This document shows positions 54,051 through 62,045 of a stretch of DNA of 64,000 nt, in pieces (the first letter of the stretch is position 1; every line of letters starts with the position of its first letter). The notes below the pieces were generated by a model. The model had not been told where the DNA came from. It searched no databases and was given only the letters and a program-made list of their open reading frames with translations. The position numbers and the translations under genes were made by a program. This stretch comes from Gammaproteobacteria bacterium (GTDB taxonomy: Bacteria; Pseudomonadota; Gammaproteobacteria; Eutrophobiales; Eutrophobiaceae), in NCBI GenBank assembly GCA_030835405.1, contig JAURPG010000052.1:1698-65697 (forward strand), given 5' to 3'.

Positions 54051-55250
54051 TTACCACTCCCAACCTAGCATCATGCAGTTCAGCCCACTACCGATCCCCA
54101 GGAAACCTACCCGGTCGCCGGGTTTGAGAAATTTGCGTTGTTCTGCGATCGCTGCGGTCATGGGCAGGGAGACTGTACCTATATTGCCCAGGTGTTTATA
54201 GGTGTTGAAATCTTTGTCCTCGGATATCCCCAGTTCTCTTAGAATGGTATCGCGATGACCTTCCCCCACCTGATGACATATAATCTTGTCCACTTCATCC
54301 CGGGCCCAGCCCATTTTACCAAGAAAGGAACCCCAGGTTTTTACGCCAAGTTTAACCCCATGCTTTAATACAGCCACGGAATCCGTTGCCATGAATTCGG
54401 ACAGGACCTCGGGTAACATCTTTGATGGCAACATATTTGCCACTGCCGGTGGCAGTTTCTGGCTGGTCATGAGATCACGCATCACGGAAGGAATGGTTTC
54501 TGGTTTCATGACTTCGTCAATAGTGGCCATGAGCTTGTCCGGGGTAAACATTAGTTTACCAATTTCTACCGGGGTCATGGTGACGCCCCATCGGCATAAA
54601 TTATGATGTTCGGGAGCCGCCTGGGTTGTACCGCCGATTAAACGGTGTGTATGGTCATTATCAAATGAACCATCCGTAATGAGAACCGCTGCAGCCCCGG
54701 ATCCACCGGTAAGGGTGGCAAGTGAGGAGGTGAATATGTCCATGGAGCGTTCCTTGAGAATACGATCAATCATGATCTCAACGATCTCTCGCGATGATTC
54801 ACATGACACCACCATGCCGGCACGGATCTGTTTCAACTCGATGCGGTTGGCAATATCGATAATACCATTCAGTATTCCCAGACAGGCATTGGACAAGTCA
54901 TAGACATAGGCATTGGGACTGATTCCCAGTTTATCGGCAACGGCACAGGCGGTGGCAGGTTCGTAGTTTTCCCGGCACACCCCTGCATAGATCAGGGTTT
55001 CAATATCTGAGGCATTTACATTAGATTGATTCAAGGCCTTCACTGCCGCCGCCGCTGCGCCTTCCGACAGGCTATAACCTGGGTCCCACCAGCGTCGTTC
55101 AGCAATACCGGTTAATGACTCCAGTTGCCCGGGTGAGATATGCAGGTCCCGATAGACGGGTTGCAGCCTTTCTTCCAGTTCATCGGAAGTCACTACCGTG
55201 GGTGGTAGTTCATAACCGATGGACTCCATATATACGCGTTGATAATTCAT
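54051..55250 (-). CDS. oleA: OleA-like thiolase (KAS III superfamily) with a roughly 64-aa internal insertion
   Basis: Active-site context is DLSNACLG (Cys122), ICHQVGEGH (His) and LGNIGTVSLP (Asn). The C-terminus GDRVGFLGIGSGLNCMMLGWEW and the N-terminus SDELEERLQPVY are collinear with my recollection of Xanthomonas OleA. The start lies 5 nt after the pfaC-like stop. Confidence 0.75.
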   Translation of the reverse strand: MNYQRVYMESIGYELPPTVVTSDELEERLQPVYRDLHISPGQLESLTGIAERRWWDPGYSLSEGAAAAAVKALNQSNVNASDIETLIYAGVCRENYEPATACAVADKLGISPNAYVYDLSNACLGILNGIIDIANRIELKQIRAGMVVSCESSREIVEIMIDRILKERSMDIFTSSLATLTGGSGAAAVLITDGSFDNDHTHRLIGGTTQAAPEHHNLCRWGVTMTPVEIGKLMFTPDKLMATIDEVMKPETIPSVMRDLMTSQKLPPAVANMLPSKMLPEVLSEFMATDSVAVLKHGVKLGVKTWGSFLGKMGWARDEVDKIICHQVGEGHRDTILRELGISEDKDFNTYKHLGNIGTVSLPMTAAIAEQRKFLKPGDRVGFLGIGSGLNCMMLGWEW

Positions 55251-55255
55251 TATGC

Positions 55256-58200
55256 TTATATTCTAAGGGTAAAATCCTTCATCTGATAGATGGTCCTGCC
55301 ATCAACTGACAAAAAACCGTCCGCGGTGACCATTTTTCTTTGATTATCAACGTGTTTGATGACTGCTTCAACGGTAACTGTATCATCAACGGGGATGATT
55401 TGGCCCCGGTAAAGCCATTCGTGGGGCTGGTTTTTTGCCATGGATTCAAATTCCACCTGATTATCTCCCCATTTTTCAATGGCGAAAACCTTGAGTAGCT
55501 GAATAAAGGACTCCAGTCCCAAGGATCCGGGCCAGACCGGGTCCTGGTAAAAATGGGCCTTAAAGAACCAGGCATCAGGTTTTACTTTTGCTGTTCCCTT
55601 GATAAACCCCAGGCCCACAGGTCCACCTTCTGGATCATAATGGGTTATGGTATCCACCATGCGCATCTGTTCAGCAGGATAAGAGCCTGAATCAGGATAA
55701 CTGAATTTACTTGCCCTGGTTATTTCTTCATCTGTTGGCTGGTATAACTCTGCTTCCCTTATCCCTACCTGATTGGAAAGAGCCTGCTTTGAAAAGAAAC
55801 CAAAATAGGTATCACCCTTATACACCGTTCCTTTAATACATTTGACCTCATAATCGAAGTTCTGAATGATCATGCCGCCGGAGGTCGAGACCTGGGTAAT
55901 GGTGACATGTGTTGTCAATGTTCCGGTATCGGGAGTGACAAGTAGAAATTGCTCTGCCTTACCACCGAGGTTGCGAAACGACAGGTCCACATCACTGGTC
56001 AGCGCCGATCCCAGATATGCCGCGAGCCAGCCACATGGTTGCAGGGCCACCTCCAGTAATACTGAAAATGGCATGGAACCCTGACGGTTTTCCTGGAAGT
56101 ACCAGGCATCAGTCGGTACATCATATTCAGCAATGATTCTGCCACCGGGTTTTAATACCCATTGTTCACAATCTTTAATGGAGATGATCCTGTCCAGGAA
56201 TTGATAAGGTGGTCCAGGGAGTCGGGCGATGATTCTGTCCTTATCGAATGGTTTGTACCGCTCTCCAAAGGCATCAGAAGGCTTGCCGGTGGCAAAGGCA
56301 AAGATAGAGTCATAGTCAAACAGGACCGGATTCGTTTTGTTGGGTTGTTTCTCTTCAGACCAGATTTCAAGCAGACGCTCGCGTGTAAGCCCACTCAGTC
56401 GGGTAGACATATTACTCATCTGTACAATAGGTCGGTTGTCTGCATACATGAGGGCATCGGCGATAACATAAGGCGTTCCATCGCTCTGGTAACCGATCTC
56501 TTTAATAATGATCTCATACTGGACTTTTTTCGTAGTGGCGATCACCTGACCACGACATTTCAGTTTACTGGTCACACCAGGTATGGGTTCATATATAAAT
56601 TCATCCGCTTCCCCCACCCATCCAAGGCGCATGAGATAAATACGCAGGGTATGCAAACAACATTCATACATCAGCGTTCCAGGCATTACCATGTCATCCA
56701 CGAAATGACAGGTCAAAAACCAGTCATCGGGATGGATGTCTGCCTCCCCGGTGATGGTACCCATCCCAAACCGGCCACCGCCTGGTTCTATGTCCAGTAC
56801 GCGATGTACCAGTGTCATCCGTCCGGAAGGGAGTTTGACAGGCGTGTTGATTGGCAAACCCTTGAATGTTTCACCAAAGGCCGAGATCAGATCTCCATGA
56901 CGCAAGGCGTTGAGCTGCGAATCATCCAGAGGGCTGGTGCCCATGGGGACCAGTTCAATCCAGTCATCGGATTTCTTCCCTGCCTGTGGTTGTAACTCCA
57001 GGGCAGTCTGGACAATACCTTTGCCGGCATCCAGTTCAGATTGGGTGAAAAATCCCGCACAACCATTGCGCATGGTCAACAGGGGCTTATCATCCACCGT
57101 GCCATCAAAACTAAACCTGAACAGATGGGTATCGCCCTGCTTAAAGAAATGGTCTATACGAATGTCATAATGAATAGTTTTTCCCGGTACAGGTAATGGT
57201 CCATGAAAGGTAATCTCCGCATCCAGTAGTCGATATACAGCCAGCCCCTTTGTGATCTTATCGATTCCCATGTATCCGGACAAAAACAGGTCGGCCTGCC
57301 CTGATTCCACGGCAATACAGGTGGGGATGCGATTGCCGTCCAGGTACCAGGCACCGGGGTGAATATCATGTTCAGTGACTACCCTGCCTGAGGTCATGGA
57401 ACCGGGTTCACCTTCAACTTCCAGGATACGGTCTACTAACATTAAAGGTTCATCAGGTAATCTTACCCGGGTAGGGAAATCATCAATACCGTTAAACTGT
57501 TCACCAAGTACCTTTGCTATGGAGCCGGTAGCAAATTCCAGACATTGTTGGCGGTCCATGAATAAGTCTTTAGATGTGGGCCAGTTTTTTGGGGCACTGT
57601 GTAAGTTATCGCTAACATGAATATCCATGCCCCCGGTGTCCAGGAGTTTCATCTGTAATGACAATGCCTGGCTCAGAGACTGGTTGATGCCGTTTGAGAT
57701 TCTCAGGAAGGTCTCATGGGTCAGTGCCCTGGCTGATTCTGTTTTCAACATCTGTTCAACGACTTCTGAATCTGAAAAAGAGGACATTGGTACGGCGGGA
57801 TGTGGAATGATATCTGCAGAGACCCTTTTCTCTTCGGGTTTATCCTGCACTCTGGGTTTGAATGGAATTTCTATGTTCAAAGGACCATGCCCGGTTTTTA
57901 CCATGATGACCTTATCTGGCAGGGAATCATGTTGTTGTGCCGGGAAGTCTTGATACAAGGATGATAAATCAAGGTCAACGCCATGTGATTTTAGAATGGC
58001 GAGTGTTTGCAATACTGACAGTATTCCGTTCTTGCCCTTGACACAAACCGCATGGCTGACATGAGGTTTGGTGCCCAGGATACTATCAATCATACGGGTA
58101 CATGATGCACCGGGTCCCATCTCAATAAATAGCCTGACATTATCTTCATATGCCGCGTTGATGACCTGGTTAAAATCAAATGGTTTGATGGCCATGTCGA

Positions 58201-61200
58201 CAATGGAATCAGCGGCAGAATCAGTAGTAACGTTATACTCTCCACCTTTTATACAGCTATAAAAACTTACGTTTTCCGGCGGGTTTGTTGGAAACAGATG
58301 AAGTTCCCGGTAGGCATCATATACCGGCGTGGCCACTTCGCAGTGAACCGTGGTGATAGCTTCCACAGTATGAAATACACACCTGAGCTCTTTAACTAGC
58401 GACTCCACTGCTATCCTGTGACCACCTATGACACATTCATCTGGTGTGTTGGTGATCAACCGATAAATCCAGGGTAAGCTGGAAATATATTCCTCCACTA
58501 TGTTTGCCGGACAGTTAACGACTCCAACTAACCAGTCCACATCTACATAACCAGACAGTCCCCAGGTTTTTCTGACCGCATCACACTTGCCGGCCAGATC
58601 GGACTTGAATAAGGATGATTTTTCCATCCGTTCCAGCATCAGATCACGATCAGTCCAGGTCCGTGTGGCAAACAGGCCCGCAGTTTCCCCCAGGCTGTAA
58701 CCGATAATGGCATCAGGTTTAACCTGAAAACTGGTAATGACATCGCTGATAAATGTCCCAAGCCAGACCTGGGCAAAGATAGCCTGCTCATGAGTTAATG
58801 GGCTATTGTCTCCCTGTTGCCAGAATTTTGATGATGCAAATTGTGATCGCAGGCGTGTGTTTTCATTTTCAAGGTCTTTAATCACATTAGGCCAACGGCA
58901 CGCAATGTCCTGCCCCATACCAGTGAAATGGTTGCCGGAACCGGGAAATACAAAGGCGAGCTTTTGATCTTTTGAAAGCGGTTTGTCCGTATAAAATATT
59001 TTTTCTTCAATTACCGATTGGCTCGATTCTATTAGAGACCTTGCCCTGAAAAGATGTTGTTTCAGTTCAGCTGGATTAATCGAAATAACATTCAGTGATA
59101 GTTTTGCTTTGCTCTTGTCAGATTTACTGAACCATTTAGCAGCAATTTCCTGAATATTATCCGAACCGGCTGAATCCACGAAGCTGTTCAGACGATTGAT
59201 GCCTTGGAGAATACCTTGCTTATCGTTAGCATCGATACTGAACAATGCATCATGGCTTTGCAGGTGTAAGAAATTTCCGGCTACTGCAGGTTCTCTCAAG
59301 ACTTCTTCCCTAGCCTTGCCCAGTATGACGTGAGAGCAATTACCACCGATGCTCATAGATGACACTAGGATATGATCGTGATTATCATGTTTATCGGATA
59401 GCACCAGTTGTGGTGATTCTGTCCAGCAAATATGGTGATTGTCAGTTTGCAATATCGGTTGTTTATGTCGATGTTTGTAAGGTGGAAGAACATTATGTTG
59501 CAGGCTTAATGCCGCCCTGGCAACGGAAGCTAGTCCTGAGGCGGCACCTGTTTGCCCAATTTCATTCATTACGGAACCAATAAGTACTCTACCTGTGTAA
59601 TTATTATTGAGGAGGGTATTGAGTGCCTGGAATTCAATGTCATCATCTTCCGGATTACCATTGCCATGAAGTTCAATAAATGAAATTTCATCTATTGAAA
59701 CATTGGCATCGCGGCAGGCATCGTTAATGCAGTCTTGGTAGGTTTCCATGGCTGTAGTGAATGCCTGGTTATCACCACCAGTTTTGCTGGAGAGACCATT
59801 AATTACAGCATAAACCTGATCACCGTCTTTAACGGCGTCAGCGTAGCGTTTTAATATAAATGCCACGGCACCCTCACCGATGGGGGTGGAATAGGGTTTA
59901 ATCTTGTTTTGACCATATACCGATCTCACATCACCGCATAAATCAACAGCACCGGCAATGGCCATATTTAATTCGCCTTTTTGTAGTGACCGCACAGCAA
60001 GCTCCAGGGCATTCATTCCTGATGCCTCTTCGCTGGATACTGTAAAACTGGGACCACCAATATTAAATGCCCGGGCAATACGGCTGGCAACGATCCCGCC
60101 CAGGGCGCCCATGGTACGATTTGCCGATAATGGCGGGCTGACCTGGTCTTTGAGCTTTTCCGTCCAGTTATAAAGTGTATTTTGATCAACAACCCAATTG
60201 GATGCGGCTGCCCAGGAGTTCAACTTATCTGTGATTGACCAACGTAAATGAAAGTTTGTGGTGTTTAGATCCAGGCCGATACCGATGAAAATACCTACGT
60301 CATCACGGTGTTCATCTGAAATTTTATCAAGACCGGCATTATCCAGCGCATTTGCTGCCACATTCAGCATGAGTAATTGCTGTGGCAGCATATCTTCCAG
60401 TTCTTTTGGGGGGATCCTGTATCGTCCCAATGGGATATCAATCTGGTTAATTAAAAAACCCGGTATGGATTCCAGTTTTTGGTTTCCCCATCGGTTATTT
60501 GCCGTAACGGGCTGAGTCTGGTGATCAACGCCAAATACTCGCTGCAGGTATTTGTCTTTACTGTCCCAGGGACCAAAATGGGTTTCCATACCAATAATGG
60601 CAATACTGTCCTGTTGAATTTGTGATTTGATATCTTTTTGCCTGGAATTGCTGACAATAGCGGACAAATCGGGATCATATTCTTCCAGTAGGACATGGGC
60701 ATTGATGCCGCCAAATCCAAATGCACTGACCGCAGCCTTTCTTGTTACACCCTCTTTCCGGGGACTCCATTCATCAGGCCGGCTCAATACCCTGAATGGT
60801 CCTGTTTCCAGGCTGATGCCATCTGCTTGTGACTCAAAGTTTGCCATGGGAGGAAGCTGTTTATTTTTTAAGGCCATCAGGGTTTTAATCAGGCCCGCAG
60901 ATCCAGCCGCTGTGAGCAGATGGCCGACATTACTTTTTACCGATCCGATAACACATTTTTGTTTTGCGCTTTGCCGACCTTCCCATAATGTCAGCATGCT
61001 ATTAAATTCGGTCCTGTCACCCGTTGGTGTACCTGTACCATGACATTCAATGAGGTCGATCTCTTCAGGGGACCAACCTGCCTCACGGTAGGCGGCACGC
61101 ATTGCACGAAGCTGACCTTCCGAATCGGGAAGCATCAGATTGCCCTTGATATCATTGGAAAGCCCAATGCCTGCGACCGTAGCATATATATGATCTTTAT

Positions 61201-62014
61201 CGCGTAAGGCATCTTCCAGACGTTTGATAACCAGGATACCGGAACCTTCTCCCACCACCAGTCCATCGGCCTTGTAATCAAATGGGGAACACCTGCCGCT
61301 GGAGGAGATTGCCCCCAGGGTGGAAAACCCCATCTGTGTGTAGAGGCTGTCTGGCCTGGATAGTCCACCACATAACATGGCATCCATTCTGCCTGACTGA
61401 AGTTCATCAATGGCATACTTGAGTGAATAAAGTGATGAAGCACAGGCAGCATCCAGCGTGTAGCTGGGGCCTTTCAGTCCCAGGGACCTTGCCAGGATCA
61501 TTCCCGGCAGGCCAGCAATATACCGGTTAAGTGGATGGGTTTCAGGGACAGTGCATGCCGCTAAACCAGACGGCTTTGTAGATGTAATTATCTGGTCCAG
61601 TACCTCTTCCGCCAGGCGGGATGAGTAATCTGTCGGCAGCGCAATGTTGCCGATGATAATACCGGTGCGTTTTCTGTTGAGATTGCCAGTTTGACAGTCT
61701 TTCCAGGCCTGACTGCCTGCATGTAACAATACCCTGAACATGGGGTCCAGGGCTTCAATCAATTGTTTTTCTATGGCCAGGCCATCCAGGTCCAGTTCAA
61801 AGTCATCTATGAAACAGGCCTTTTTCGAATTGACCCGGTCAGGTTTTGGAGAACTAGCATAGACATCCTCTATGTTTACTGACCACCTTTTTTCCGGTGG
61901 TTCCCGGGAACAGTCCTTGCCGGCAATGATGTTTTCCCAGAACTGTTCCGGGTTCATTGCCGATGGAAAGGCGTTTCCGATCCCGACGATGGCAATAGCA
62001 GGCCTGGTTTGCAT
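55256..62014 (-). CDS. pfaC: PfaC-like PUFA-synthase subunit: KS - CLF - AT - FabA-type DH didomain x2
   Basis: 2252-aa ORF. The domain motifs are listed in the separate domain features below. Confidence 0.85.
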   Translation of the reverse strand: MQTRPAIAIVGIGNAFPSAMNPEQFWENIIAGKDCSREPPEKRWSVNIEDVYASSPKPDRVNSKKACFIDDFELDLDGLAIEKQLIEALDPMFRVLLHAGSQAWKDCQTGNLNRKRTGIIIGNIALPTDYSSRLAEEVLDQIITSTKPSGLAACTVPETHPLNRYIAGLPGMILARSLGLKGPSYTLDAACASSLYSLKYAIDELQSGRMDAMLCGGLSRPDSLYTQMGFSTLGAISSSGRCSPFDYKADGLVVGEGSGILVIKRLEDALRDKDHIYATVAGIGLSNDIKGNLMLPDSEGQLRAMRAAYREAGWSPEEIDLIECHGTGTPTGDRTEFNSMLTLWEGRQSAKQKCVIGSVKSNVGHLLTAAGSAGLIKTLMALKNKQLPPMANFESQADGISLETGPFRVLSRPDEWSPRKEGVTRKAAVSAFGFGGINAHVLLEEYDPDLSAIVSNSRQKDIKSQIQQDSIAIIGMETHFGPWDSKDKYLQRVFGVDHQTQPVTANNRWGNQKLESIPGFLINQIDIPLGRYRIPPKELEDMLPQQLLMLNVAANALDNAGLDKISDEHRDDVGIFIGIGLDLNTTNFHLRWSITDKLNSWAAASNWVVDQNTLYNWTEKLKDQVSPPLSANRTMGALGGIVASRIARAFNIGGPSFTVSSEEASGMNALELAVRSLQKGELNMAIAGAVDLCGDVRSVYGQNKIKPYSTPIGEGAVAFILKRYADAVKDGDQVYAVINGLSSKTGGDNQAFTTAMETYQDCINDACRDANVSIDEISFIELHGNGNPEDDDIEFQALNTLLNNNYTGRVLIGSVMNEIGQTGAASGLASVARAALSLQHNVLPPYKHRHKQPILQTDNHHICWTESPQLVLSDKHDNHDHILVSSMSIGGNCSHVILGKAREEVLREPAVAGNFLHLQSHDALFSIDANDKQGILQGINRLNSFVDSAGSDNIQEIAAKWFSKSDKSKAKLSLNVISINPAELKQHLFRARSLIESSQSVIEEKIFYTDKPLSKDQKLAFVFPGSGNHFTGMGQDIACRWPNVIKDLENENTRLRSQFASSKFWQQGDNSPLTHEQAIFAQVWLGTFISDVITSFQVKPDAIIGYSLGETAGLFATRTWTDRDLMLERMEKSSLFKSDLAGKCDAVRKTWGLSGYVDVDWLVGVVNCPANIVEEYISSLPWIYRLITNTPDECVIGGHRIAVESLVKELRCVFHTVEAITTVHCEVATPVYDAYRELHLFPTNPPENVSFYSCIKGGEYNVTTDSAADSIVDMAIKPFDFNQVINAAYEDNVRLFIEMGPGASCTRMIDSILGTKPHVSHAVCVKGKNGILSVLQTLAILKSHGVDLDLSSLYQDFPAQQHDSLPDKVIMVKTGHGPLNIEIPFKPRVQDKPEEKRVSADIIPHPAVPMSSFSDSEVVEQMLKTESARALTHETFLRISNGINQSLSQALSLQMKLLDTGGMDIHVSDNLHSAPKNWPTSKDLFMDRQQCLEFATGSIAKVLGEQFNGIDDFPTRVRLPDEPLMLVDRILEVEGEPGSMTSGRVVTEHDIHPGAWYLDGNRIPTCIAVESGQADLFLSGYMGIDKITKGLAVYRLLDAEITFHGPLPVPGKTIHYDIRIDHFFKQGDTHLFRFSFDGTVDDKPLLTMRNGCAGFFTQSELDAGKGIVQTALELQPQAGKKSDDWIELVPMGTSPLDDSQLNALRHGDLISAFGETFKGLPINTPVKLPSGRMTLVHRVLDIEPGGGRFGMGTITGEADIHPDDWFLTCHFVDDMVMPGTLMYECCLHTLRIYLMRLGWVGEADEFIYEPIPGVTSKLKCRGQVIATTKKVQYEIIIKEIGYQSDGTPYVIADALMYADNRPIVQMSNMSTRLSGLTRERLLEIWSEEKQPNKTNPVLFDYDSIFAFATGKPSDAFGERYKPFDKDRIIARLPGPPYQFLDRIISIKDCEQWVLKPGGRIIAEYDVPTDAWYFQENRQGSMPFSVLLEVALQPCGWLAAYLGSALTSDVDLSFRNLGGKAEQFLLVTPDTGTLTTHVTITQVSTSGGMIIQNFDYEVKCIKGTVYKGDTYFGFFSKQALSNQVGIREAELYQPTDEEITRASKFSYPDSGSYPAEQMRMVDTITHYDPEGGPVGLGFIKGTAKVKPDAWFFKAHFYQDPVWPGSLGLESFIQLLKVFAIEKWGDNQVEFESMAKNQPHEWLYRGQIIPVDDTVTVEAVIKHVDNQRKMVTADGFLSVDGRTIYQMKDFTLRI
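55259..56242 (-). other. FabA-type dehydratase didomain 2 (aa 1925-2252)
   Basis: YDVPTDAWYFQEN marks the pseudo-half. KPDAWFFKAHFYQDPVWPGSLGLE marks the catalytic half (His2154). Confidence 0.7.
56405..57472 (-). other. FabA-type dehydratase didomain 1 (aa 1515-1870)
   Basis: EHDIHPGAWYLDG marks the pseudo-half. ADIHPDDWFLTCHFVDDMVMPGTLMYE marks the catalytic FabA-like half (His1770). Confidence 0.7.
58055..58963 (-). other. Acyltransferase domain (aa 1018-1320)
   Basis: FVFPGSGNHFTGMG and the GYSLGE nucleophile elbow are present (Ser1107, nt 58694-58696). Confidence 0.75.
59315..60607 (-). other. Chain-length-factor (KS-like, Cys-less) domain (aa 470-900)
   Basis: TVSSEEASG aligns with TLDAACASS with Glu at the Cys position. 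ELHGNGNPEDD and the GQTGAASG remnants are retained. Confidence 0.7.
60680..62002 (-). other. Ketosynthase domain (PfaC-like aa 5-445)
   Basis: TLDAACASS with Cys191 (nt 61442-61444), ECHGTGTPTGD and KSNVGHLLTAAG. Confidence 0.8.
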
Positions 62015-62045
62015 GAGCTTCCTGATTTTAAAAAGTTAAAAATTT

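Noticed and set aside
56162-56995. A 277-aa ORF antisense to the pfaC-like gene, and the many other 60-180-aa ORFs nested opposite or out of frame in large genes (for example 51-398, 4152-4755, 10556-11005, 14005-14475, 22882-23289, 45889-46338, 50534-51073).
   Set aside because: Each lies wholly within a longer ORF that has clear family motifs. Their translations are low-complexity (Ser/Pro/Arg-rich) with no recognisable motif. This is typical of shadow ORFs.
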